DNA of 62,434 bases, counting the filler, from an uncultured bacterium (GTDB lineage: Bacteria; DAOPZR01): the NCBI GenBank assembly GCA_964637655.1. It is 11 parts of 11 records of this genome, joined end to end, with 100 filler letters (N's around TTAATTAATTAA, not from the genome) between each part and the next. Parts side by side here need not be neighbours in the genome. Positions count along the whole stretch, not along the records: positions 1 to 5,749 come from CAZWUZ010000247.1; positions 5,850 to 11,579 come from CAZWUZ010000248.1; 9 more parts are not named here. One strand, given 5' to 3'. Positions 1 to 9,352 of the stretch are shown here, in pieces (the first letter of the stretch is position 1; each line of letters starts with the position of its first letter). The position numbers and the translations under genes are program-made. Below the pieces are notes generated by a model that saw only the letters and a program-made list of their open reading frames with translations, had not been told where the DNA came from and made no database searches.

Positions 1-748
1 ACACGACGCCGTCACGCTCATAGCGCATCAGCACCGGCATGGCGCGTACCGGCCCGTCATCATCCGCCTGCATGGCGATGTTGCCGACCCGTCTGGCCGA
101 GCGCGCCAGTCGCGCCAGCGGCAGCACCGGCCCCCGCGCGCGTGCCAGGCGCGTCGTCCGCGCCGTATCGAGCGGCAGCGACACCGCCGCCAGCGCCGCC
201 GTGTCGATGGCGCCGCGGTCGTCCCCCGCGATGTGCAGCGCGTGCACCACGCGCTGCGTGCGTTCGCCCGCCGCGGCCAGTACCCCGTCCTCGTCCGTCA
301 GCAGGCGCGCCAGCGCGTGGCGCAGCGCCAGTCGCGCATCCGCGCCGCCGGTATCGAGTGCCGCCGCCAGGTCCTGCAGCGCCGCCACCTGCGCCGGCTT
401 GACCGACGAGAACGACTGCTCGGCGAAGATGACATCGAAAGCGATGACCTGTGCGCCGCAGGCGGCCAGATACTCTGCCAGCATGCCATGCACGCCGCGC
501 GGCCAGGGCCAGCGCCCGAACAGCGGTTCCAGCGCGTCGAGGTCTGCCTCACCAATATCGGCGATAACAATGTTCGTGTCCGCGCCGCTGCCGTCGCGGC
601 AGAGCCGGAAACGCGCGTCGAGCAGTTTGCGCTCCGCCGTGTCGCCCCAGCCCGCCGCCAGCGCCGCCGCGGCCAGCAATGCCACCAGCAGGCCGAGCGT
701 CATCCCGCCGGGCCGGTACCGCTGCAGCCATGCCGTCAGCCGGCTCAT
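1..748 (-). CDS. CHASE2-domain membrane sensor protein (3' truncated; often fused to adenylate cyclase or kinase)
   Basis: Not in the ORF track; translated by hand from ATG 748, which overlaps the upstream stop (ATGA). N-terminal hydrophobic helix, then CHASE2 motifs LLDARFR, IVIADI, GRWPWPR, FDVIF and DDDGPVR. Confidence 0.85.
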   Translation of the reverse strand, partial: MSRLTAWLQRYRPGGMTLGLLVALLAAAALAAGWGDTAERKLLDARFRLCRDGSGADTNIVIADIGEADLDALEPLFGRWPWPRGVHGMLAEYLAACGAQVIAFDVIFAEQSFSSVKPAQVAALQDLAAALDTGGADARLALRHALARLLTDEDGVLAAAGERTQRVVHALHIAGDDRGAIDTAALAAVSLPLDTARTTRLARARGPVLPLARLARSARRVGNIAMQADDDGPVRAMPVLMRYERDGVV

Positions 749-1368
749 GCGTTCCCCCGGTGTTTGCGCTGGTAGAGCGTCACCAGCGATTTGAGCGCGT
801 TGAGATTGCGGCATTCTATCCCGTCCGGGCGCACCGCGATTACCTTGCGTTTCGCCCAATCCTCGAGGTGCTGCGCGCAGGCCGCCGCCGCCAGCCCGGT
901 CAGCGCCGCCAGCTGCTCGACGCGGGCGGGAAGCACCAGCGGCCGGCCCGCATCCGCCAGCTGCTGCAGGCGGGCGACCAGCATCGCCGCCAGCCGCACC
1001 TCGCTGTCATGGATGGAGAGCAGGCGCAGCTGGTGGAACGCCGCCAGCGAGCGCTGGGCGATGAAGGTGAGCATCTTGCGCGCGATGGCGGCATTGCCGG
1101 CGAGCACCGCGCCGAGATTATCCTGCTGCACGCGGTAGAGCAGCACGTCGTCGAGCGCGGTTGCCGTCGCCGAGCGCGGCGTATGCGCAATGACCGCCAT
1201 CTCGCCGAAGATTTCCCCCGCCCCGAGCACCGCCAGCAGGCGTTCCTTGCCGTCATGCACCTGCGAGATCTGCACCCGCCCTTCCTTGACGATATAGGCG
1301 CAGTCGCCCGGCTCATATTCGCAGAAGATGATCTCGCCCGGGCGGAACTTCGCGGCGCTTTCAGCCAT
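745..1368 (-). CDS. Crp/Fnr-family cyclic-nucleotide-binding regulator
   Basis: IIFCEYEPGD..YIVKEGRV; phosphate-binding cassette GEIFGEMA..PRSATA; C-terminal HTH-like region. ATG 1368 overlaps the end of the upstream gene. Confidence 0.85.
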   Translation of the reverse strand: MAESAAKFRPGEIIFCEYEPGDCAYIVKEGRVQISQVHDGKERLLAVLGAGEIFGEMAVIAHTPRSATATALDDVLLYRVQQDNLGAVLAGNAAIARKMLTFIAQRSLAAFHQLRLLSIHDSEVRLAAMLVARLQQLADAGRPLVLPARVEQLAALTGLAAAACAQHLEDWAKRKVIAVRPDGIECRNLNALKSLVTLYQRKHRGNA

Positions 1369-2281
1369 GCCCGTGCCCCAGTTCCAGCAGCCGCGCCTGC
1401 GCCAGCTGCTGCCAGATGCCGCTGTCACATTGCGTGTAGAGCAGGCACGCCTTCTTCGGGTCCTGCATCAGTTCGTAGCAGCGTCCCTCGAGAAAAAGCG
1501 CCTGGGCGCGATCGTCCGCGGCAAGGTCATCGGGCGGCAGCGTCTTGAGCGCCTTGATCCCGAGCAGCGGCTTGCCCGCCATCTGCAGCGCATTCGCCTG
1601 CCGCAGGACGATGCCGGGCACCGCCCCCGCCTCCGGCTTTTTCACCAGCGCTTTCTTGTAGAGTTCGGCGGCGGCGGCGAAATCGCCCCGCTGTTCGAGC
1701 GCGGTCGCTTTCGTCAGCATCTCGTCCGGGGTCAGCCCGAGGCCGCTGCTCTCCACCTCGTCCTGCAGCGCCGCCAGCTGCTCATGCACGGTCTTCGCGT
1801 GCAGACCGTCAGGGTAAAGTTCCGCGTAGCGGCGGAACACGTACAGCGCCTGCAGCGGCCGTTTCATGCCGAGGAAGAACGCCGCCATGGCGAACAGGTT
1901 TTCCCCGGCGTCGTGTTCTTCGACCGACCCCATGTACTGCTTGGCTATGCTGTTCAGCTGCCGCAGCGCGCCGATGCTGCGGCGCAGCGTGCGGTCGAGC
2001 AGCGCCGCATCCGCCAGCACCGCGGCGAAGAACTCCTCCTGCGTCTGGATCTGCACCGTGGCGGGACCCGCCGTCGTCAGGCGCCCCAGCCGCGTGCCGG
2101 CGCCCGCGAGCAGCTCCATCACGCCGCCGAATTCGCCGGCAGCCACACGCACGGGGAAGATGATTGACCCCTCCTCGTACTGCTCAACGGCGCTGCCGGA
2201 CGCCACATAGTAGACGCGGTCGGTACGGTCACCCTGCAGGTAAAGCGGGGTGTCCGCGTCGCACTGCAGCGTCTGCGCCAT
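1361..2281 (-). CDS. cNMP-binding domain + TPR protein
   Basis: N-terminal LYLQGD..DRVYYVASG...GEFGG(V)ME; C-terminal TPR-like helices (AAELYKKAL, ALFLEGRCYE). Confidence 0.75.
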   Translation of the reverse strand: MAQTLQCDADTPLYLQGDRTDRVYYVASGSAVEQYEEGSIIFPVRVAAGEFGGVMELLAGAGTRLGRLTTAGPATVQIQTQEEFFAAVLADAALLDRTLRRSIGALRQLNSIAKQYMGSVEEHDAGENLFAMAAFFLGMKRPLQALYVFRRYAELYPDGLHAKTVHEQLAALQDEVESSGLGLTPDEMLTKATALEQRGDFAAAAELYKKALVKKPEAGAVPGIVLRQANALQMAGKPLLGIKALKTLPPDDLAADDRAQALFLEGRCYELMQDPKKACLLYTQCDSGIWQQLAQARLLELGHGHG

Positions 2282-2284
2282 CCG

Positions 2285-2806
2285 CTACTCGCTCGCGTAG
2301 TCGATGAGCGTATGCACCGGGCGCGGGGCCAGCTTCTGCCGCCCCGGCAGGAAGGAAAGCTCGATGAGGAAGGTGACTCCGACCACGATGCCGCCCGCCT
2401 CCTCGACCAGCTGCGCCATGGCCAGCGCGGTGCCCCCGGTGGCGAGCAGGTCATCGACCAGCAGCACCTTCTGCCCGCGCGTAATGGCGTCGGTATGCAT
2501 CTCGACCGTGTCGGTGCCGTATTCGAGCGCGTACGACTTGCTGATGACCGCGGCGGGGAGTTTCTTCGGCTTGCGCACGGGGACGAACCCGACCCCGAGC
2601 TGCGCCGCGATCGGCGCCCCGAAGATGAAGCCGCGCGATTCCGCCCCGGCCACCACGTCGATGCCCGCGGCGCGGAACGGTTCGAGCATCGCCGCGCACG
2701 CCTCTTTGAACACCGGGCCGTTCTGCAGCAGCGTGGTAATGTCCTTGAACACGATTCCCGGCTTGGGGAAGTCGGGTACGTCGCGGATATGTGCTTTCCA
2801 GTCCAT
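2285..2806 (-). CDS. apt: Adenine phosphoribosyltransferase
   Basis: IRDVPDFPKPGIVFKDIT, AESRGF, YALEYG, VDDLLATGGT; GGAGAG RBS (alternative start 2812). Confidence 0.97.
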   Translation of the reverse strand: MDWKAHIRDVPDFPKPGIVFKDITTLLQNGPVFKEACAAMLEPFRAAGIDVVAGAESRGFIFGAPIAAQLGVGFVPVRKPKKLPAAVISKSYALEYGTDTVEMHTDAITRGQKVLLVDDLLATGGTALAMAQLVEEAGGIVVGVTFLIELSFLPGRQKLAPRPVHTLIDYASE

Positions 2807-2847
2807 GTTCATCTCTCCGGTGTGCGGCGGCGGAGCCGCCGGTAATG

Positions 2848-4308
2848 TCACTTGCGCAGAAAATCGAGCAGGTCCTTGCTGCTGCGGTGCGCGCGGATCT
2901 TGCGCAGCGCCCGCGCCTCGATCTGCCGCACGCGTTCGCGGGTCAGGCGCAACAGCGTACCGGTCTCCTCGAGCGTCAGCGGCTGCCCCCCCTCGAGTCC
3001 GAAGCGGTGGGCGATCACCCGCCGCTCCTTCTCCTGCAGCGAGGCGAGGATCTTGTCCAGTTCCTCGCGCAGCACGCTGCGGTCGAGGTTGCGGAACGAG
3101 TCAAACGAATCACTGTTCTCAACGATGTCCTGCAACTGCCCCGAGTTATCCTGCCCGAGCGGCATGTCAAGCGAACTCGGTTCCGTCGCGAATTTTTCCA
3201 GTTCCGCCAGGCGCTCGGGCGTGATCTTCAGCGCTTTGGCCAGTTCCTCGGCATCCGCCTCGCGTCCCAGTTTCTGTCGCAGCGTGTCGCGCATGCGGTG
3301 CAGGCGGCTGATGATGTCCGAGAGATGCACCGGGACGCGGATGGTGCGGCTCTTGTCCGCCAGCGCCCGCGTGATCGACTGCCGGATCCACCAGGTCGCG
3401 TAGGTCGAGAAGCGCAGTTCGCGCGACGGGTCGAACTTGTCCACCGAGCGCATCAGCCCGAGCGTCCCCTCGTTGATCAGGTCGAGCAGCGGGATGCTGG
3501 TGCGGGCGAAGCGCTTGGAGATGCTCACCACGAGACGCAGGTTGGCGGTGATCAGCCGGTCGCGCGCCACCCGGTAGGCGGCGTACTTGCTGAGCAGGTC
3601 GTGCAGTTTCTGATCGCCCTTGTCCAGCAGGCAAATCGTCCCGCCGGTCCGCGGTGCGACCGTGCCGCCCGGTACAGCCCGGCGGCGCCCGTGCCGCCCG
3701 GCATCCGGGCCGCGCCCGCGCGTCTGCCGCGCCGGTGCCGCGTCGTCGCGCCGCGCCCGCTGCCGGCGCAGTTCCGCGACCCGTTCCGCCGTCGGTTCCA
3801 CCCCGAAGAGCATGAGCAGCGCGCGCTCGCGCAGTCCCAGGTCGCGCAGGTCGGTGTAGAGGCGGCAGAAATCGCCGTGCGCGCGGAAATCGTTGAACCG
3901 TTCCTCGACCCGTTCCGCCGCCGGGCCGCGCAGTTTCCACTGTTTCAGCGCCCGTGCCAGCGTGCCGTTGAAGGTTGCGACGATGCCCGTCTGCTCCCGT
4001 TCTTCCGCCGCCGTCAGCAGCTGCACGCGCGAGATTTCCGTCAGGTAGAGACGCAGCAGGTCGACTGTCGGCCCCCCGCTCTCCTCCGCCGGCGCCTCGG
4101 CTGCCGGTGGCGCCGCTTCGAGCGGGTCTTCCTTGAGCAGTTCGTCGACCGGCAGGTCGGTGGTTTCCCCGGGCAACAGGGGCGTCGCGCGCGGACGGCG
4201 GACGTGCGGGTGCGCCGGCGCGGACGCACGCCTGCCCGCCTGCAGCGGTAATGCTTTGACCGGTTGTGCTTTTGCCGCGACCGGCGCGGCCTTCTTGCGC
4301 GTAACCAT
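2848..4308 (-). CDS. RpoD/RpoS-type sigma-70 factor
   Basis: Region 1.2 LRLYLTEI..LLTAAEE; region 2 ANLRLVVSISK, DLINEG, RFSTYATWWIRQ; region 4 TLEETG..LTRERVRQIE. Confidence 0.92.
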   Translation of the reverse strand: MVTRKKAAPVAAKAQPVKALPLQAGRRASAPAHPHVRRPRATPLLPGETTDLPVDELLKEDPLEAAPPAAEAPAEESGGPTVDLLRLYLTEISRVQLLTAAEEREQTGIVATFNGTLARALKQWKLRGPAAERVEERFNDFRAHGDFCRLYTDLRDLGLRERALLMLFGVEPTAERVAELRRQRARRDDAAPARQTRGRGPDAGRHGRRRAVPGGTVAPRTGGTICLLDKGDQKLHDLLSKYAAYRVARDRLITANLRLVVSISKRFARTSIPLLDLINEGTLGLMRSVDKFDPSRELRFSTYATWWIRQSITRALADKSRTIRVPVHLSDIISRLHRMRDTLRQKLGREADAEELAKALKITPERLAELEKFATEPSSLDMPLGQDNSGQLQDIVENSDSFDSFRNLDRSVLREELDKILASLQEKERRVIAHRFGLEGGQPLTLEETGTLLRLTRERVRQIEARALRKIRAHRSSKDLLDFLRK

Positions 4309-4324
4309 ATGCACGTGAAACGGT

Positions 4325-4352
4325 ATTATACACTACCTGCCGCCAAAAGCAA
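4325..4352 (-). promoter_or_regulatory. Putative sigma70 promoter of the sigma factor operon
   Basis: TTGCTT-16 nt-TATAAT on the minus strand. Confidence 0.5.
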
Positions 4353-4382
4353 GGAAACCGCACCCCGCTGCGCCTGCGGCTG

Positions 4383-4411
4383 TTGACGCTGCCACCCGCG
4401 ACAGTCATAAT
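4383..4411 (+). promoter_or_regulatory. Putative sigma70 promoter, near-leaderless transcript
   Basis: TTGACG-17-CATAAT, 9 nt before ATG 4421, no SD. Confidence 0.6.
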
Positions 4412-4420
4412 GGCACCGCT

Positions 4421-5749
4421 ATGCGCCTGACCCTGCTCAACCCGCCGCCGCGGCGCCGGGTCGAACTCTATGACCGGCCCAACTACCCGCCGCTGTCGCT
4501 GGCCTACCTCGCGGGGAGTGCGCGCGCGGCCGGGCACGACGTCGCCATCGTCGATGCCAAGTACGAGCCGCTGTCGCTGACCGAAACCGTGCGGCGCGTG
4601 CTCGCGCAGTCGCCGCAGGTCGTCGGCATCACCGCGATGACCCATGAAATCGCCCGCGCCGCCGAGGTAGCCGCCGCGCTCAAGCAGGCTCAGCCGGCAC
4701 TGGTCACCGTGGTTGGCGGGGTGCATGCCACCTATCTTGCGCGCGAGACCCTGCAGGAATTTCCCGCGTTTGATCTTGCGGTCATCGGTGAAGGCGAGGA
4801 AACCCTCGTACGCCTGCTCGGCGCGCTGGCCCGGGGCGAAGACCGTGCGCTGGTGCCGAACCTCGCCCTGCGCCGCGACGACAATATCCTGCTCACCCCG
4901 TCTGCCCCGCCACCACCTGACCTCGACGCGCTCGCCCCGCCCGCCTTCGATCTCTGGCCGCGTCTCCCCGTCTACCATCTCAATACCGCGCGCGGCTGCC
5001 CCTACCGTTGCATTTTCTGTGCGCAGGCCCACGGGCGTTCCCTGCGCATGCACTCCGCGGAACGTGTGGCGGAGATGTTCGGGTCGCTGGTCGATGCCTT
5101 CCGGCCGCAACGCATCTACCTCGTCGATGAGACCTTCGGACTCGACCGCGAGCGCGCCTACCGCATCCTGCAGTTGTTCCGCCAGCGGCATCTCGGGGAA
5201 CGCTGCCCGTGGTGGGCCGCCACCCGGGTCGACCGCGCCGAGTACGAGTTCCTCAAGGCGCTGAAGGATGCCGGCTGTTTTCTCATCCAGTTCGGCATTG
5301 AATCAGGCAGCGAGCGCGTGCTGCGAACCCTCGGCAAGCAGATCAGCAAAGACGCGGTGCGGGCCGCCGTGGCCGATGCGCGCCGCGCCGGGCTCAAGGT
5401 CGAAGGGCTCTTCATCGTCGGGCATCCGCACGAGACCCCCGCTGAAATCGACGAGACGCTGGCATTCATCAACGAACTCAATCCCGACCTGCTCGCCCTC
5501 GGGATCATGGTCCCCTACCCCGGCACGGAACTGGCCGCGATGATCGCCCGCGGCGAAGGGGGCTACCGCCTGCTCGACCGCAGCTGGGAGGCGTTCAACA
5601 AGCAGCTGGGGAAAGCGCTGGAACTGGAAACCGTGTCACGCCGTGAACTCGAACTCGCGCAGTTGCGCGGTTATCTCGGGCTCTACCTGCGCCACGGGCG
5701 GCTGGTGGACCTGTGCCGGTTCACCCTGGGCAACTGGCGCGGGGCCCTC
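4421..5749 (+). CDS. B12-binding radical SAM protein (3' truncated)
   Basis: PPLSLAYLA, GGVHAT, GEGEET, RGCPYRCIFC, GIESG, PYPGT. Confidence 0.92.
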
Positions 5750-5849
5750 NNNNNNNNNNNNNNNNNNNNNNNNNNNNNNNNNNNNNNNNNNNNTTAATTA
5801 ATTAANNNNNNNNNNNNNNNNNNNNNNNNNNNNNNNNNNNNNNNNNNNN
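5750..5849. other. Artificial contig spacer (also 11580-11679, 17398-17497, 23174-23273, 28826-28925, 34471-34570, 40091-40190, 45694-45793, 51286-51385, 56864-56963)
   Basis: N44-TTAATTAATTAA-N44, with stops in all frames. Confidence 0.99.
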
Positions 5850-6193
5850 ACGAGTACTAACAGAAACCAGCGGATTTGCAGCAGCCAGCAGGCGCCCAGC
5901 CGGCGATAGACCGGCGCGATGCCACCCGCCAGCAGCGGGTGGCTTACCGGCCCGGCCACGGCATAGGCGAAATCAGCGTGATGGTAGAGACGGCGGCCGC
6001 CGGTAGGGCGGCGCACGCAGGCCGCAGGAACATTTTTTTCGTAGGCGCCGGCGGTCACCGCGGCAGGCATGAAGGAATAGCAGCGGCCGCACAGCGTCGC
6101 GTCACCCGTCTCCGCCGCGGCAAAGAGTGCCGCGTCGCGCTGCATGTGTGCGGCAGCGTCACCCGCCCCGTCGTCGGTAAACTGCACGTTCAC
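5850..6193 (-). CDS. Lipoate-protein ligase/octanoyltransferase (LplA/LipM)-like protein, truncated
   Basis: GTG overlaps the upstream stop; GDAAAHMQRDAAL and RRPTGGRRLYH..DFAYAV match the BPL/LplA N-terminal motifs. Confidence 0.8.
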
Positions 6194-7569
6194 CGCGCGA
6201 GATGCGCCCGGTAATCCGCCAGCCACAGCTGCGTGAACTTCGCCTCGCTGAGCTGGAACTCGCGGCTGACCAGTTCGGCGGCAGGCACGCCTTCGCGGCA
6301 CTTGTGCAGCAGGCGGTTGATGCTGAAAAAACCGTTGCGGCGGATGATGCTGGCGACCATGGCGTACGACTGTTCGTAGGCGAGCACCGCGGTGGCATCG
6401 TCCATGGCGAGGAACGACCCCTGCAGCTGCGCGAGGGTGAGCAAACGGTTCTCCGCAATGGCCGCCGGCAACTGGCGGAAGACGGGAAGCCCGGCACCGC
6501 GGAATTCCTGCCATTGCGCGAGCCCCTCGTTGAGCCAGGTCGGACAGTTGCCGCCGGTGGCGTCATGCACCAGCGCATGGGTGAACTCGTGGCGCAGTAT
6601 CGCCTTGAGGCGCTCGCGGTCGCCGAACAGGTTCTCCGCCGGCACGCGGATTTTGCCGTCGTAAATGGCCCCGGTCCAGTGCGGGGTCCCGGTCAGCCGC
6701 CGGTAATCCTCCGCCTCGTAGATGAGCACGGCCAGGCGGTGGTCGGGGTAGCGGGCGAGTTCGTCCCCGATGACGAAATAGGCCTCCTCGAGCGCCTGCA
6801 GCACGTCGTAGGCGTCGTAGCGGCGCTGCTCGCCGGCGAAGCGGATCTCGAAATGCGGCGACGAGAGGTCGGCCAGCGCCCCCTCCACCTGCTGCTCGCG
6901 CTCCGCCTGCGCGATCAGATCGCGCACCTGCGCCAGCGCGGGCTGCAGCGCCAGCGCCCGCCGCCAGTGGGCGAGCGCGGTCGTCATGTCCTGCTCGCTG
7001 TAATGGATGTAGCCGAGCGTGACCAGCGCGTTGACATTCCCCGTGTCGAGCGTCAGCGCGCGGGCCAGCAGTTCGCGCGCGTCGCGGAAACGGCGCTCGT
7101 CGAACGCGGCGCGGCCCTGCTGCGCGAGCACGGCGGACGCGTTGCGCCGCACGCTGCTGTTCCCCGGGTCGGTCTGCGACGCCTTCTCGAACCAGGCAAG
7201 CGCCTCCGTTGCCTGGCCCGCCTCCGCCAGCGTGACGCCGCGGCGGTTGTAGAGCGCGGCAAGGTTGCGCACCAGCTGCGCATTGTCGGGGCGCAGCGCG
7301 TAGGCCTGTTGCAGCAGCAGCAAGGCCTGGTCGGGCTCACTCTCCGCGAGCGCCAGTCCGTAATTGTTGCACGCGGCAGCAAGCGCCTCCTCGATGGCCG
7401 GGTCGCCGGGCGCATAGTTCTGCGCGGTCTGCAGGGCGACCAGCGCCCCCTCGTAATCGCCGGCCGTCAGCGCCGCCTGCCCGCGCTGCAGGAAGTAGGC
7501 CGCTTCCCCTTCCGCCGCGGCCGGCACCACCGCCAGCGCGAGCAGCAGCAGCAGCGCGATGGGCTTCAC
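6190..7569 (-). CDS. Secreted TPR + MA-clan metallopeptidase
   Basis: Signal peptide, about 6 TPRs, HEFTH...PTWLNEGLAQW zinc motif. Confidence 0.85.
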   Translation of the reverse strand: MKPIALLLLLALAVVPAAAEGEAAYFLQRGQAALTAGDYEGALVALQTAQNYAPGDPAIEEALAAACNNYGLALAESEPDQALLLLQQAYALRPDNAQLVRNLAALYNRRGVTLAEAGQATEALAWFEKASQTDPGNSSVRRNASAVLAQQGRAAFDERRFRDARELLARALTLDTGNVNALVTLGYIHYSEQDMTTALAHWRRALALQPALAQVRDLIAQAEREQQVEGALADLSSPHFEIRFAGEQRRYDAYDVLQALEEAYFVIGDELARYPDHRLAVLIYEAEDYRRLTGTPHWTGAIYDGKIRVPAENLFGDRERLKAILRHEFTHALVHDATGGNCPTWLNEGLAQWQEFRGAGLPVFRQLPAAIAENRLLTLAQLQGSFLAMDDATAVLAYEQSYAMVASIIRRNGFFSINRLLHKCREGVPAAELVSREFQLSEAKFTQLWLADYRAHLAR

Positions 7570-8288
7570 AGCAGTGCCTCCGCCTGCTGCAGGCGTTCAC
7601 CATCGCTGCGCGTCACATCCCAGCCGGCGCGCGACCAGCCAAGGTCATCGGTCATCCCCGCCAGATAGGTGGCGTAATGCTCCGTCGGGCGGAACCCGCC
7701 CCAGTCGGCGCACGCGGGGAAGCGTTCCCGCACTTCGCCGGCAAGGCGCCGCACCGCTTCGGGCGAGGCGGGCCCGTAGTTGTCCCCGAAATGCAGCGCC
7801 AGGCGCAGCCCCTGCATGCCGGCCAGCGTGCAGAGTTCGTCGAGCAGGCGGAAATCGGGGGCGAGATCGCCGTCACGGCGTCCCGCCCAGAGTTTCGGGA
7901 TGACCCGCGTGTGCGGACCGAGCAGCGCGAACGTGCGCGCGAAACGTTCGAAGGAGGCGTCGGGCACTTCGCCCGTGGCCGCGACATCGACAAGCAGGCA
8001 GTCAACCACCTTCGCCAGCGCGATCAGTTCCGCCTCAGGGGCAGCAGGCACGTAGGCGGCCGCGCGCGTCGCCACCGGCAGCGTCGCGAGCCACGCCGTC
8101 AGTTCCGCCAGCGTCGCGGCATCCGCCGCCGCGAGCACGCCTGCCGGGGCGCCGCGCAGGCGCGCCAGTCGCCGCGCATCGGCGAATTCGGTGCAGGTGA
8201 AAAGGCGCGGCAGCGGGGTCAGCGGCTCACCCGCGCGCACCGCCAGCCAGAGCGGCGGCTTCTTCGCTTTAGGCGCAGGCGCTTTCAT
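7566..8288 (-). CDS. Hypothetical protein (possibly a degenerate alpha/beta barrel)
   Basis: Overlaps both neighbours and has a GC3-rich frame; no motif recognised. Confidence 0.55.
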   Translation of the reverse strand: MKAPAPKAKKPPLWLAVRAGEPLTPLPRLFTCTEFADARRLARLRGAPAGVLAAADAATLAELTAWLATLPVATRAAAYVPAAPEAELIALAKVVDCLLVDVAATGEVPDASFERFARTFALLGPHTRVIPKLWAGRRDGDLAPDFRLLDELCTLAGMQGLRLALHFGDNYGPASPEAVRRLAGEVRERFPACADWGGFRPTEHYATYLAGMTDDLGWSRAGWDVTRSDGERLQQAEALL

Positions 8289-8595
8289 AGGCCTTCGCGC
8301 TCCAGAGGTCGTTCCAGTCGCCGGCAGCGTCGGGCTGCACCGTTACCCACCAGTCGCCCGCCGCGTCGCCGCTGGCCAGCACCGTGCCGCTGACCGGCGC
8401 GGGCAGGTCGGTCTGCGCCCGCGCGCCAGTGATGATGGCGAAGCGCGCCCCGCGCTGCACGCGCGCGCCCGGGCCGGGAAGTTCCGCCTGCCACGGTTCG
8501 CCAAGCAGCACGCGCAGGCGCGGGGCCGGCATCAGGCGCAGCGTTCCGTCAGTCGCGCGGCGGCAGCGCAGATGCGCGCGGGAATAGCGTTCCAT
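8269..8595 (-). CDS. Glycine cleavage H-like protein with Arg at the lipoyl-Lys position
   Basis: GcvH-like RYSRAH, LGE...ELP.PG..V..G..F, DLPAPVSGTV and L.SA.AY; the ESVKA motif reads TGARA. TGATG coupling to the upstream gene. Confidence 0.65.
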   Translation of the reverse strand: MERYSRAHLRCRRATDGTLRLMPAPRLRVLLGEPWQAELPGPGARVQRGARFAIITGARAQTDLPAPVSGTVLASGDAAGDWWVTVQPDAAGDWNDLWSAKAYESACA

Positions 8596-9077
8596 CAGAG
8601 GCGGTAGCGGCGGCGCAGTTCCGGCAGGCGCGCCGCGAGTTGTTCGATGAGGGCGATCAGTTCGTCGAGTGTTCCCTGGTAGACCGCCGCGCCGCGCCCG
8701 AACGGATCGTCGACATCGCCCGGCTGCTCCGCCGCCGCTTCGCGCAGCGTCAGCGCCGGCCGCGCCCCGCCAAACCGCTGCACAATGCTCTCGCGGTGGC
8801 GGTCCTCCATGGTCAGCAGGAGGTCGGCGCTGTCGTAGAGGGCAGCGGTGAACCGGCGGCTGCGATGCGCACGGATCCGGTCGGCAGCAGCGGCAAAGCG
8901 CGGGTCGCGCGCCGCCAATTCGGTAAGTGCAGCGATAGCATCCGGCATGGCCGCGTCGCCGTCATCGGCACCGATGCCCGCAGAACTGACTGTCAGGTCA
9001 GGGAGCAGCGCGAGGGCCAGCGCTTCGGCCATGGGGCTGCGGCAGGTGTTGCCGGTACAGATAAACATGATGTGCAT
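8595..9077 (-). CDS. Low-molecular-weight phosphatase, YwlE (protein-arginine phosphatase) type
   Basis: P-loop CTGNTCRSPMAE, DLLLTM, DVDDPFG; strong RBS. Confidence 0.85.
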   Translation of the reverse strand: MHIMFICTGNTCRSPMAEALALALLPDLTVSSAGIGADDGDAAMPDAIAALTELAARDPRFAAAADRIRAHRSRRFTAALYDSADLLLTMEDRHRESIVQRFGGARPALTLREAAAEQPGDVDDPFGRGAAVYQGTLDELIALIEQLAARLPELRRRYRL

Positions 9078-9106
9078 ACCGGTTTCCCCCTCCCGCGAGC
9101 ACAATC

Positions 9107-9135
9107 AGTATAGACGGCAGATCTGCCGCTGTCAA
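9107..9135 (-). promoter_or_regulatory. Sigma70 promoter of the phosphatase operon with a palindromic spacer
   Basis: TTGACA-17-TATACT; the spacer holds the palindrome CGGCAGATCTGCCG. Confidence 0.7.
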
Positions 9136-9299
9136 CAGTGGGCGCAGCCCGGTCAGGAGGTTGGGCAGGAGCACAGCTACGGTATGCGACGCCGGCCGGC
9201 CGTGCACAGCGTGTGTACGCATGCGCGGCCGGATGATCGTAGTGCACGACTCCGGTGGCGGGCGGGGGGAGCGGATGACGTCGGGTTTGCCGGGCGTAC

Positions 9300-9336
9300 A
9301 AAAAAAGAAGCGCTGTCGCGTGAGCGACAGCGCTTC
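9300..9336 (-). terminator. Rho-independent terminator of the cold-shock gene
   Basis: 13-bp stem GAAGCGCTGTCGC/GCGACAGCGCTTC, 4-nt loop, U7 tail. Confidence 0.9.
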
Positions 9337-9352
9337 GTGAGAGCGGGTTGCC

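Noticed and set aside
5750-5849. Recurring TTAATTAATTAA within N runs, as a biological repeat
   Set aside because: It is an artificial contig linker. ORFs running into it and adjacency across it are meaningless.
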